Assembly (NCBI GenBank): GCA_964016885.1
Contig: OZ024756.1
Location: 41,726,001-41,790,000 of the forward strand
Origin: Eledone cirrhosa
Lineage: Eukaryota
Direction of reading: 5' to 3'
DNA length: 64,000 nucleotides
The notes under the pieces were generated by a model. It searched no databases, had not been told where the DNA came from, and was given only the letters and a program-made list of their open reading frames with translations. Numbering within the stretch: position 1 is the first letter of the stretch; each line of letters begins with the position of its first letter. Shown here in pieces: positions 1 through 11,332 of this stretch. The position numbers and the translations under genes are program-made.

Positions 1-2445
1 CGATGATAAAAAGGTAGGGAGCCAATGTATCTCCCTGGAGCACTCCAGCCAGTATCTCAAAGAACTCTGTCATCACATCAGGTGTAATGACTTGGGCTTT
101 GGTGTTGGTGTAGAGCAGTGATATCAGGTCCACTATCCTCTTGGGGATTCCATAAGCCTGTAAGATCTTCATCAGGCAGTAACGGTCCACAGAATCAAAG
201 GCCTTCCTAAAGTCAATGAAAACCATGACCGTAGGAAGGCACTTTGCTCTAGCTCCCTCTAATATCCTCCTCAGCATCAGGATGTGACTGGTGGTTGATC
301 TACCCTCTCTGAAGCCGTTCTGGTTGTCCCTGAGCTTCTTCTCCATCTCAGGCTGGATCCTGTTAAGAATCATCCTGTTGAGGGTCTTTGCCACAAGTGA
401 TGTCAGTGAGATCCCCCGGTAGTTGTTGGTGTTAGAGAGATCTCCCTTCTTTGGCACTGGGACGATGTTACTGATCCTCCACTGATTCGGGGCAACTCCT
501 TTCTCCAGTGCCCCGTTACAGAACCCCAGGATGATATCATCAAAATCACACCTCTTCATCACCTTTGATGCCACTCCATCTTCTCCATGAGCCTTGCCCT
601 CCTTGATCTTCTTCTTGGCTCTCTGAAGCTCCTCTCTGGTGAAGGGCTCTGTCTCAACATCCAGTTCCTCAAACAGCCGCCTGAACTCCCCAGTGCTCTG
701 GGCTGTGGAGGGTGGCTCTCCTAGTAGGGTCCTAAAATGGTCTAGCCATTTCCTCTTCCTATCCTCGGGCCCCGTTCCCTGGATCTGACTCGAACACCTT
801 TTCTTTCTCCCTGTGATCTCGTTGATGATCATCCAGCTCTCCTTACATCCAGATCTGTCAACCGCTCTCTCCACACTTCTGATCTTCTCTATCAGTGCCT
901 CCTCTCTGACCTCAGTGTAAGCGGTACAGAGCTCTTCCCTCATCACCTCCACAGTCTCCATCCTCTCCTCCGTAGGATCAGCATAGAATTGGTCCCTGGC
1001 AGCTTTCAGATGTTCTCTGGCTGCACACACTTTTGGGTTTGCAGAGCTGACGTGCTTCCCTTTGTTCTTTTTCCTCGGCACCAGGGTTTCACTTGCTTTC
1101 GCCACTGCATTGGTGAAGTGCCCGTACCTCCTCGTCACACTCTCCTCAGTCCATCCAATCTCTCTCTCCTCTGACTCTCCACACAGAGCACTAAACCTGT
1201 TTCTCACTTCCACTGTGAACCTCTCCTGTAGCTTATCATCTTCCTTGAAAGCTCCCCAGTCATAGATTGTTCTCCGGGGCTGAGCCTTGCTCTTTCTTAA
1301 GCTCACGCGGACCTCACTCATAACAAGCCGGTGGTCACTACCCAGTGTACTGAAGTAGCTGTATGGTTCCGTGTTCAGAACACTATTCCGCCACTTTTTC
1401 CTCACCAGAATGAAATCAATCTGGGACTTGGACAGGTGCATATCTGAGATGTAGGTCCACATCTTCCCCAGATTCTTCCTAAACCTTAGGTTGGTCGCCA
1501 TCAAGTTCGCCTCCAGCAGGGTGTCTCTCAGTAGTCTTCCATTTCGGTTGGTGTTGTTATGGAAGTACCAGCAAAGATCTTCACTGCCCTCCTTACTCAG
1601 ATGTGCATTGAAGTCCCCCAAAACAAGCAGGATATTGTGTGCCTGAGTGGTGTTGACAGCTCTACACACCTCCTCATGGAACTCCTCCGCATTCACATCA
1701 CTGTCCCCCTCGGTTGGACTATAGGCTGAGATGACTGTCAGTCTTGGGTTTCCATTGAAGGTCACCCTCAACACTCGCGGGGAGATAGGCATTATTTCCC
1801 TCACCAACAGATTTGTTTTTGCACTGAACACAAAACCCACTCCTCCCACTGCAGCATTTGTTGTGTTCTTCACTGCCGATGTAGTGATGAGCTGGCTCTT
1901 CCTCCCGATCATCACACTCCTCACGGGCTCATCGTGTAGAATCCTGTGTTCTTGGATCGCAAGTATCTGTATACCACTCTCCTCGAACAGATGTCCCAAC
2001 TCCTCTCTCTTCTCCAGCGTTCGAATAGTCCTCACATTCAAAGTGCCCATTTTGATGGCCCTTCTGCAGGACAAAACTGCATTCTTTATATTTGTCTCAG
2101 AGACAGCTGATCCATCATCCACAGGCCCTCTCTGTGGCTCTAAGCCAGCAGAGTCATAACGACCAGGCTGCTCCTTGACAGTGTAATTAGGGGCTCTAAC
2201 CCTAGTGCTGTTAGATCGACTCTCCATATTTCTTTTCAATGGCTGACAATACCTTACCGGCGCCACTCGAATAAGGTAGTTATTTAACCCATAAATGGAG
2301 CCCTAACAGGTACTACCACCCCGGGCCAGGGCAGACCTGGGAGTTATGACAACTAAGGGGTAACTCCACATTCCCCACATCTCCTGAACTCCCGAACTGG
2401 AGCCTTGCAACTGGATGTAGTTTAATGTCATACCCAGGATGGGGA
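1..2445 (-). mobile_element. RTE LINE, 5' portion including a ~220-bp 5' UTR, abutting a (CATA)n/(TA)n tract
   Basis: APE-RT ORF plus unique upstream sequence (2228-2445) that ends at the microsatellite. Confidence 0.85.
2..2227 (-). CDS. RTE-clade LINE ORF (APE endonuclease + reverse transcriptase), 3' part runs off the window
   Basis: ATG at 2227-2225 reads MESRSNS...KMGTLNVRT...ILAIQEHR...GDFNAHL...SQIDFIL...SDHRLV (APE), then NYRGISL...QNGFREGRST...FIDFRKAFDSV...GVLQGDTLAPYLFII (RT). The frame at the ATG matches the frame at position 2 (742 codons). The ORF track lists no stop-terminated minus-strand ORF here, which is consistent with an open frame to the edge. Confidence 0.92.
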   Translation of the reverse strand, partial: MESRSNSTRVRAPNYTVKEQPGRYDSAGLEPQRGPVDDGSAVSETNIKNAVLSCRRAIKMGTLNVRTIRTLEKREELGHLFEESGIQILAIQEHRILHDEPVRSVMIGRKSQLITTSAVKNTTNAAVGGVGFVFSAKTNLLVREIMPISPRVLRVTFNGNPRLTVISAYSPTEGDSDVNAEEFHEEVCRAVNTTQAHNILLVLGDFNAHLSKEGSEDLCWYFHNNTNRNGRLLRDTLLEANLMATNLRFRKNLGKMWTYISDMHLSKSQIDFILVRKKWRNSVLNTEPYSYFSTLGSDHRLVMSEVRVSLRKSKAQPRRTIYDWGAFKEDDKLQERFTVEVRNRFSALCGESEEREIGWTEESVTRRYGHFTNAVAKASETLVPRKKNKGKHVSSANPKVCAAREHLKAARDQFYADPTEERMETVEVMREELCTAYTEVREEALIEKIRSVERAVDRSGCKESWMIINEITGRKKRCSSQIQGTGPEDRKRKWLDHFRTLLGEPPSTAQSTGEFRRLFEELDVETEPFTREELQRAKKKIKEGKAHGEDGVASKVMKRCDFDDIILGFCNGALEKGVAPNQWRISNIVPVPKKGDLSNTNNYRGISLTSLVAKTLNRMILNRIQPEMEKKLRDNQNGFREGRSTTSHILMLRRILEGARAKCLPTVMVFIDFRKAFDSVDRYCLMKILQAYGIPKRIVDLISLLYTNTKAQVITPDVMTEFFEILAGVLQGDTLAPYLFII

Positions 2446-3645
2446 AGGTATGTATGTATATATATGTATGTATGTATGTATATATGTATGTATGTATATA
2501 TGTATATATGTATGTATATATATGTATGTATGTATGTATATGTATGTATGTATATGTATGTATGTATGTATATATATATGTATGTATATATTTATGTATG
2601 TATGTATATGTGTGTATATATGTGTGTATGTATATATGTGTATGTATGCATGTGTGTATGTATACGTTTGAGTAGTGGGCGGATTAAGTTTTCAGGTGGA
2701 GTCGTCCCCTTGCAGACAATGACATTGGGGTCCCTCATGTTATTAGATATGTCTGCGAAATAAATTAATCTAGGCTCCTTTAAAATATTGTTGAGCGCCA
2801 GTTTGCTGCCTTTCACACCACCTCTTTCTCCCTTAATCCAGTGTGTCACTGCGTGCGTGTGTGTGTCACTGAGCGCGCGCGTGTGTGTGCATGTGCTTGT
2901 GTGTGTGTGTGCATGTGCTTGTGTGTGTGTGTGCATGTGCTTGTGTGTGCGTGTGGGAGGGTGTTACCCGTATTCGTTTGTACTTTCACCAGTTATTCAC
3001 ATCAAATTTCAAGAATGCCACGTACAATATTATATATTGTTAGGTAGCAGGCAACAGTGTTGAGGAACTATTTTCTATACTCTTTGTCTTTCTACATAAC
3101 ATAGAACGCTCTTTTTCCTTTATATTTTCTACAGAAACATTTACCAAACAAATTAGCAAACCATCCTCGAGAATCTACTTTCACCAGATTCTCAATTTAT
3201 GTGAGAATAACTCTATGGCAGTATAAGCCGGACAGACAAAAGAAATATTTTAGTCTTGCTTATATAAAAGATCGCCTTATTATCGTTTGTTTCTCTCAGT
3301 GATATCTTATATTCTTATATCCACTCATTGAGATGTTTAAGTATTAGTTACTAACCGACGCATCCACTGGTAAGGGCGGTGCCCCAGCATGGCCTCAGCC
3401 GGATGGCTGAAACAGGTAAAAGAATATATATATAGGCATAGGTTAAGTTTAACGTCCTCGAAAATGAAACTAGGTTTTCTGACAAGTGAATGTTTTTTTG
3501 TTTTTTTACAATGAAATTTACGATACACTCTTTGTTTATTTACAACAGGTCTCTATAGTGATATGGTGTTAATTAGTATTGCGTGTGTGATTATTTTCTC
3601 TTATATATATATGTGTGGGTGTGTATATGTGTGTATATATATGTG

Positions 3646-3878
3646 TGTCTGTATGTATATATATATGTGTGTTTGTATATATATATGTGTTTGTGTCATC
3701 ATCATCGTTTACATGTTTTTACCCAAATCCCTTATCATTCTCTGTCCTTCTTATGACCCGGCCTTAATTTGTTTATAGTTGGTGCCAACTTTGGCAAGAT
3801 ATTACAAAAACATCTAAACGATGATGATGACACAAACACATATATATATATACAAACACACACATATATATACATACA

Positions 3879-3882
<4 letters not shown>
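3646..3882. repeat. Inverted repeat, ~75-bp arms (3646-3720 / 3806-3882), 85-bp spacer
   Basis: tgtgtttgtgtcatcatcatcgtttacatgttttt mirrors aaaaacatctaaacgatgatgatgacacaaacaca; the flanking microsatellite is mirrored too. Confidence 0.8.
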
Positions 3883-3934
<52 letters not shown>

Positions 3935-4014
3935 ATATATATAGAATATATATATAGAATATATATATATATATATAGAATATATATATATATATAGAAT
4001 ATATATGTTTATAG

Positions 4015-4106
<92 letters not shown>

Positions 4107-4191
4107 TGTGTATATGTGTGTATATGTATGTATGCATATATATGTATATGTATATACACACACATATATATATAAATACACGCACACATAC

Positions 4192-4222
<31 letters not shown>

Positions 4223-4223
4223 T

Positions 4224-5043
4224 AGCGGCGATGAATTAGTTTTGCGAGGTTTTTTATATGAAATCGTGTGTCGAAACAAATATTGTTATACTTGGGGAGG
4301 GTCATATTTGTGTAATATTGCCAGAATTAATAACAGAACACACTCACTGTTTGGTTGGTTTTCGCTTCTCGCTGTCTTTTATATCGGTAATCTAACTTAC
4401 TCGGTCCTCACTGTTGCCATTGACTGACCGACGGTCAAAAATAATACAGATACAATATAGACACAAATATAGACCAAATATAGACACAAATATAGGCCAA
4501 GGCTAAACAGAAGGAATGAATGGAATAACAACAACACCCAAACAAACAACACTGACCTAAGAAAAGTATAAATAAGTAAATAAAATAAGATAAATAAATA
4601 AATACATACACAAGCACAATAACAACAAGCACATAAACACACACTAGTCACCCATCACACAGCAAACATAACACTATACACACACGCAAACGCATGCGCA
4701 AAGAAGACAAAATAAAATAAACAAACAAGCAAATAAATAAATAAATATATAGACAGACTGAATAAAAATGGCGTAGACATACAACACAACAGGAGGAAAA
4801 TATAACACCACTGACGATGTTGCAGATGTGCAACGAAAGATTTATAATAAACTATATATATGTGTTTGTGTCTATATTGTATCTGTATTATTTTTGACCG
4901 TCGGTCAGTCAATGGCAACATTGAGGACCGAGTAAGTTAGATTACCGATATAAAAGACAGCGAGAAGCGAAAACCAACCAAACAGTGAGTGTGTTCTGTT
5001 ATTAATTCTGGCAATATTACACAAATATGACCCTCCCCAAGTA

Positions 5044-5047
<4 letters not shown>
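4224..5047. mobile_element. Fold-back element, ~183-bp arms (4285-4467 / 4865-5047), ~400-bp spacer, flanked by (TA)n; probably Penelope-derived
   Basis: The arms are reverse complements with one visible mismatch; the left arm has a ~60-bp extension. The spacer holds a hammerhead-like core CTGACGA-t-gttgca-gatg-tgcaac-GAAA at 4811-4838. Confidence 0.75.
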
Positions 5048-5103
<56 letters not shown>

Positions 5104-5144
5104 TTCAAAATATTAACAAATATAGATATTCGTGTGATCAAGTA

Positions 5145-5210
5145 TATTTTATTATACATATTTTAGAGGTACTGAGCTATTTCAACAGTATGTCTTCATC
5201 AGATAAAATA
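5145..5210 (-). ncRNA. Hammerhead ribozyme motif, probably inactive (GAAA changed to AAAA); same family as 9113, 38364 and 45357
   Basis: Minus strand: tattttat-CTGATGA-agacatactg...cagtacctct-AAAA-tatgta-ta-ataaaata. Confidence 0.65.
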
Positions 5211-5686
5211 AGTTGATGCATGACATACCTTGCTCCCTGGTTCACATTGTCAATACTAACTATATCTCGTGTACTGAAAGGTCTTAAAATGTCAGCTACA
5301 TTCTTCTTCCTGCATACAAATAACCTACATACTGGTGGTATTACCTCTCTCTCCACACACACGCACACACACGAACACACACGCAAGAGTGGTCCAGACG
5401 ATGTGGTAATATTTCCTCCACTAGAAACCTGACGACATCCTTCCTTCTCAATTAAAACACAGTAACCTTATATCTTTCAATGACACAGACATACTCGTAC
5501 AACCCTACAGAGATACGATCGTTAGACTTGTCTTAATAATTGTTTAACACAAACAATTACTTTTAACTATTGGACAAGTCTCGACAACTCTTACACCTCA
5601 CAGAATCCCCCCCCCCCCCTGGAACCCTATCTATTTATCTACATACTTATCTATCTATCTATTTATCTATCTATCTATCTAGAGAT

Positions 5687-6073
5687 CTAGCTGTCGAAAC
5701 GGCCGGAGCTTAGCCGTCGGGGTCCTGACTCTTTTCCTATTACCCACTCTACTACCCTAAGTATTGAGTACCCTGGCGCGTGATGATCTACTTGCTTTCT
5801 TACCACCCTTTCTTTGTTGGGTGAACCTAATACCAACACTGTTTGTACTGCACTCTTAGTTATTGTTTTTCTTTTTTGTTTTTACTTATATAAGATGGGG
5901 TGTGGTAAAAACCAGGTAGACCCTAACCCACCAGAGTACTCGATACTTGGGGTAGTAGAGTGGGTAGACTCTTAAGGTTCAGGGCCTCGACGGCTGAGCT
6001 CTGGCCGTTTCGACAGCTAGTTCGGACCTAGCTGTCGAAACAGTTGGAGGTCAGCCGTTGCGGTCCTGAATCT

Positions 6074-6078
<5 letters not shown>
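5687..6078. mobile_element. Cluster of direct and inverted copies of a dispersed short element (ctagctgtcgaaacggccggagc...acccactctactacc), ending in a fold-back
   Basis: Copies at ~5687-5820 (+), ~5900-6020 (-) and 6028-6078 (+). The same family occurs at 38843-39031, 44515-44608 and 53256-53390. Confidence 0.75.
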
Positions 6079-6150
<72 letters not shown>

Positions 6151-6169
6151 CGTGTGTGTGTGTGTGCGT

Positions 6170-6374
6170 GCGTGAGCTGGACACCATGCTTTGCAGCAGA
6201 AAATTACGTCTCTTTACATTCTCTGTTCAAATCCTGCCGAGGTTAGCTCTGCTTTTCATCTTTACGAGGTCAATAAAATATAGTACCAGTAATGCACTGG
6301 GTCGATTTGGTCGATTGCCCCCCCCCCCCCCCCTCCTCCAAAAAATTGTTGGCTTTGTGTCTAAATCAGAAAAC
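6170..6374 (+). mobile_element. tRNA-derived SINE (partial)
   Basis: B-box-like gttcaaatcc followed by gctttcatc...ggtcaataaaat...gtaccagtaatgcactggg, shared with the 9563, 20070 and 28039 copies. Confidence 0.7.
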
Positions 6375-6619
6375 GATATATATTAAAATAAATTAAAAAA
6401 ACAACAGAATTCATTGATAATGTGAAAACTGATTGTGATAAACAGTGCTAATGTTTTGTATCGATTTCAATTCCGGCTGTAACGTTACCGCACTCAGAAA
6501 TCGATCAAAAAGTTCGACAAGTGAAACAGATTTTTATAGCGCACCGTCTGAGTTACTGGACTGCTTGATGCGGTAGTAGAAGGAAGGCTGGCTTGAGGGG
6601 TGAGGGTTCTGTCTGTTGT

Positions 6620-6808
6620 TACTGATGATGGTGATGGTGATGAGGATGATGATGTTGATGATGGTGATGGTGATGTTACTGATGATGTTGTTGTTGGTAT
6701 CACTGATAATGATGATAGTGATGATGATGTTGATGGTGGTGGTGGTGGTGTTGGTGGTGGTGGTGTTGATGATGATGATGTTGCTGTTATTATTGTTACT
6801 GTTGTTAC

Positions 6809-6893
<85 letters not shown>

Positions 6894-6927
6894 CTGCTGC
6901 TGCTGCTGCTGTTGTTGTTGTTGTTGT
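6620..6927. repeat. (GAT/GGT/GTT)n trinucleotide low-complexity tract
   Basis: Direct inspection. Confidence 0.9.
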
Positions 6928-7187
6928 TTAAAGCGGTGGTTTATTGATTAACATGTAGTATTACCCGATCGAATAATGATCGCCCTCATTATAATTGAGG
7001 TGCCTAGCTAGACGTGAAACAGCACCATATGTTTCCTTGTGTTTTTTACTCAAGATCATGAGTTTCTAGTGGGCGGAAGAGCTGATTATAGGCCTACGAA
7101 TCGATCCCAACAATATGTCTATTGTTTATTTTCTATGGATTAGTCAAATCGTTAAAGTATCGGATGAATATATTTAGATGCAATATA

Positions 7188-7793
7188 CAGGGTGAGATTA
7201 AAGTCTTGGGTGAGATTAAAATCTTGAGTGAGCTTAATGTCTTGAGTGAACTTAATGTCTGGAGTGAGCTTAATGTCTTGAGTGAGCTTAAAATCTTGAG
7301 TGAGCTTAAAGTCTTGAGTGAGCTTAAAGTCTTGAGTGAGCTTAAAATCTTGAGTGAACTTAATGTCTGGAGTGAGCTTAAAATCTTGAGTGAGCTTATA
7401 GTCTTGAGTGAGCTTAAAGTCTTGGGTGAGCTTATAGTCTTGGGTGAGCTTAAAATCCTGGGTGAGCTTAATGTCTTGAGTGAGCTTAAAATCCTGGGTG
7501 AGCTTAATGTCTTGAGTGAGCTTAAAATCTTGAGTGAGCTTAAAATCTTGAGTGAGCTTAATGTCTTGAGTGAGCTTAATGTCTTGAGTGAGCTTATAGT
7601 CTTGGATGACCCTAAAGATGTTATGCTCACCGAAGACTTTAGTATTGATTATAAAATACCAGAGTATCTCGATACTATTTGTTTTATATTTTCTCTCTAC
7701 AGGAAGTAGTTGTAATTTTCAGTTACAAAATGGCTTCTATGAAACAAAAAGCTCGGTGTGTTTTGTGGATTCAAATACTTTATGGTCACCCTG
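7188..7793. mobile_element. Tc1/mariner-like MITE containing an 18-bp minisatellite (~23 units, 7190-7610)
   Basis: Termini ta|CAGGGTGAgattAAAGT and ACTTTatggTCACCCTG are imperfect TIRs; the repeat unit gtgagcttaaagtcttga resembles the TIR itself. Confidence 0.7.
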
Positions 7794-7865
7794 TGTGTGT
7801 ATATATATATACAGATAAATAGATAAATAGATAAACAGACAGACAGATATATAGATAGATAGATA

Positions 7866-8508
7866 TGTTTCTTTATTAGCCACAGGGGCACAAAAGAAGG
7901 GGACAAATACAAAGGGGGAAGTTTACATACAATAAAAACGTGTAAAATACTATCACAAATGCAATTTAAAAAACAATCGATTTTCCCCAATAGGGGGAGA
8001 CATTACATATGGGTAACACATACCCCCGAAAAAATGTGCAACCCTCATCTCCGATAACGCCCGGGCAGTGTACGAATGCGTGCGCGACGGTTTCTTCGTC
8101 TCGCACGCATCTCGGACAGATCTTTTTCGAAGGGTCCCTGCCCGGGCGCCCGTGACTGTAGAGCGTATCTCGAACTGGTAGAGCTCCTCTGTAGCACTGC
8201 CAGGCCAGAGACTTTTGGAAGTTGTCCATCGGTCCCGGGCGGAAGGTCCTACCGAACAGACTGGCCAGTTCGTCTTCTTCTACGCCTAGAGTTTCTCCGA
8301 GCACGTCGTCGCACTTGCTGCGGACCAACCCTCTATAGAATGACGAAATGGAGTCTCAACTGATCGCCGGGTCCGCCTGCCAGAGGGCTGTGAGCGCCTG
8401 AGCACATTCGATGTGCCAGTCGCCCATTTTCCTCGGTCTTTTCTTGACCCAGGACTGCAGCTCGGTCAGCGAGACGAGTCGTGGGAAGGCTCGCCTCACG
8501 AACGGGGC
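7866..8508 (-). mobile_element. Tx1/L1-type non-LTR retrotransposon 3' fragment (zf-RVT region) inserted in (GATA)n
   Basis: ORF 7966-8328 reads SLAWQCYRGALPVRD...CPRC...ETVAHAFVHCP (CCHC zf-RVT-type motif); gata repeats lie on both flanks. Confidence 0.8.
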
Positions 8509-8817
8509 AGATAGATAGATAGATAGACAGATAGATAGATAAACAGACATTTGGGTTATCAAATGGATAGTCAAAAAGTTCAAAATATCCACACAAATCA
8601 TAAAAGAAAAATAGAAAGTCGAAAGTGCAGTAAATTTATTTTTACATAATTCCAAAATACAACAGAAAATACAACAGAAAATACATATTAGTAATATATA
8701 TATATACATATATGTAATATATATATATAGTAATAATAATAAATTTGAAGACTAAAATCCAAAGAGAGCTCGATAAGGATAAATATATATCAAATATATA
8801 AGAACCGTAGAGCAAAT

Positions 8818-9047
8818 ATTTATTAAAATAAGAGATTACAGTTTAAGCAAAGAATCGCTGCTTTCACCCTTAACGGGATCTTCTGAAACTAACAAAGTCA
8901 ATCTGTAAACGCAGAAGTGGATATTTCAAAATATTTTGAAATATCCACTTCTGCGTTTACAGATTGACTTTGTTAGTTTCAGAAGATCCCGTTAAGGGTG
9001 AAAGCAGCGATTCTTTGCTTAAACTGTAATCTCTTATTTTAATAAAT
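8818..9047. repeat. 230-bp zero-spacer palindrome carrying two mirrored hammerhead-like motifs (8975-9025 +, 8840-8890 -)
   Basis: Centre ttcaaaat|attttgaa at 8932/8933. The + arm reads agttt-CAGAAGA-tccc-gttaa-gggt-GAAA-gca-(9 nt)-tgc-TT-aaact (U4A core variant). Confidence 0.85.
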
Positions 9048-9112
9048 GTATATATATATATATATATATAATATATATTAATAAATGGAAACTATATTTA
9101 TAAAACCATATT

Positions 9113-9178
9113 TATTTTATTATATATATTTCAAGGGCAACCAAGGCAAATTATGGTGCGCTTTCATCAGATAAAATA
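9113..9178 (-). ncRNA. Minimal type I hammerhead ribozyme (Penelope-type)
   Basis: Minus strand: tattttat-CTGATGA-aagcgcacca...tggttgccctt-GAAA-t-atat-a-TA-ataaaata; 8-bp stem I and palindromic loop III. Confidence 0.75.
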
Positions 9179-9305
9179 CAGATTTGTTTTATAAATAAAT
9201 ATTGACATACCCGGAAAAAAAGAGACAACCTTAACGGTTGGAGCTTCCTGGATAGTGGGGATAATATTTATTATTGAATCCCAACAAATTAAATATAACC
9301 TCTGC

Positions 9306-9353
<48 letters not shown>

Positions 9354-9562
9354 ACATATATATATATATGTATGTGAATGTGTATGTGTGGTAGTTGTAC
9401 TTAGGGAACACCGAACAAAATAAACCCTCTACCCTTCCCCTTCACACTTTGTTTTATTACATCAGACAGTAACTTTAGTTATACAATGACCAAAACACAA
9501 ACACTAAGAAACTAAACTAATGAAAGTTGGTCAACCTTCGTTTTCGGTCCACAACATATAAT

Positions 9563-9748
9563 TGTTTCTACTTTTTGGTACAAGGCCAGTAATTACCCCA
9601 GTACATTACTGGTACTTTATTTTATCGACCCCGTAAGGATGAAAGGTAAAGTTAACCTCGGCGGGATTTGAACTTAGAACGTAAAGGGCCCTAACTCTAT
9701 GCTGCAAAGCATGACGTCTGACTCTCTACCGATACTGCCAATCCACCG
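9563..9748 (-). mobile_element. tRNA-derived SINE
   Basis: Reverse complement of the 20070/28039 family, with A-box-like tggcagtatcgg and B-box gttcaaatccc. Confidence 0.8.
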
Positions 9749-10849
9749 TCCTTCTATAATAGGCAATAAATATGGCAGCTACCGCAACGGAAGTCGTTTA
9801 TTTTCGCTTTCACATTCACTAAACAGATCACACATAGTGTTGCCTTGTGGTATTGTTTTCTTGAGGTTTTTAAACGTGTTTTTGTTATTTATATAATTTC
9901 TGTTTAGGAAAATAAAATGTTTTGATAGCGAACGATAAAAGTAAAAATATATATTTTATATATATTTTATATATATTTTATATATATTTAAAGTTGATAG
10001 TAATAAAAGTGATTAAAAAAAGTTTTAAAAAATTGAATAAAAACGCGAACATGACCTGATTACTGGCTACGAAAGTGGTGGAAGTGGTGGGGTGGGGTGG
10101 GTTTACTGGGGTGGGATGGGGTACTGGGGGGGGGGGGGGACTGGGGGGGTACAGGGGTTTCTGTGGGAGTGTAGGGAGTTAGTGATGGTGGTGAAGATGG
10201 TTATAGTGGTGGTACTGGTGGTGTGTATTGGCGTGTGCGTCCGTGTTTGTGCTTGTATGTGTGTCTATGTGTATGTGAGAGAGTCTCTGTGTGTGTACGT
10301 CTATATGCATGTGAGTGTGCGTGAGTGTGTGTGTGCAGGAGTGTGTCTAAATGCAATTTGATCATTCCACAAAAGCTTAACACTTACGTAAGATCTACAA
10401 ATAAAAAAACATTGACGTTTACTCAAGGTAAATTACGTCGTATTTCCACGAGAGAAGCGGTGACCTTTATCACTTTCCCAGCACCATTAAAGCTGCTTAT
10501 GTGTGTAAAGAGAGACGGCTACAGACAATGCCTGGGTAGCTTTTAGCGGGGCTCGTTATCTATACTATAAACGGGGCCCTGAATTTAAATTATAAAAAAA
10601 TTGATACTAAAAATAAAGATATTAAGGTTTAAAGTAGTGCAGGACTTACCTTTAAGCTAACATAAGCCAGAGATTAGGGCCACCACACCCCTAGGGGCCT
10701 CATTTTAAAAACATTTTATCATTAGTTTCTTAATCTTTAACACTAAATGCTCGGTTAGCATATAAAAACACTAAATCAACAAAAGGAAGACCCGTGTCGT
10801 AGTGGGGGAGGTGTCTGCGCCTAAAGGGGGTGCCCGTGTTAAACGGAGA

Positions 10850-11062
10850 GAAGGCTCGCGCTATAGGGGGTGCACGTGCAAAGGGGAGAGAGGGCTCGCG
10901 ACAAAGGTGGGTGCACGTGCCAAAGGAGGAGAAGGGCTTGCGACAAAGGTGGGTGCCCGTACCTAAGGGAGTGATGGGCTTGCGACAAAGGTGGGTGCCC
11001 GTACCAAAGGGAGAGAAGGGCTCACACCAAAGGTGGGTGCACGTACCAAAGGGAGAGGGGGG
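10850..11062. repeat. ~42-bp GC-rich minisatellite (~5 units)
   Basis: Unit approximately caaagggagagaagggcttgcgacaaaggtgggtgcccgtac. Confidence 0.8.
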
Positions 11063-11332
11063 CTTCTCACCCCTTGTGTCTAAATAAGAAATCAACATCG
11101 TATGCCGCTCACACCCAGTTGAGCCCCACATCTCCGAATGTCAGCCATCAGTATAGTACTATGCTACAAAGCAGTCAGGGTGTGACTGCTTGGAAATGTG
11201 GGGATCCCCTAGAAAATACTCTCCTTGTTTACTAAGACGACACAATGTAGAGTGAGGGAGCGAGACCAACGGTTCATTGGGGGCTTTTAGGCCCGGGATA
11301 ATTGTTTGTCAGCTGAGACGGTTATTAATTTT

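Noticed and set aside
7122-7709. 195-aa LSELKI repeat ORF resembling a leucine-rich repeat protein
   Set aside because: It is the read-through of an 18-bp minisatellite inside a MITE, open on both strands, with no splice context.
11120-11215. Helitron-like 3' end (hairpin followed by CTAG)
   Set aside because: It is a single occurrence with no matching 5' TC end or second copy in the window.
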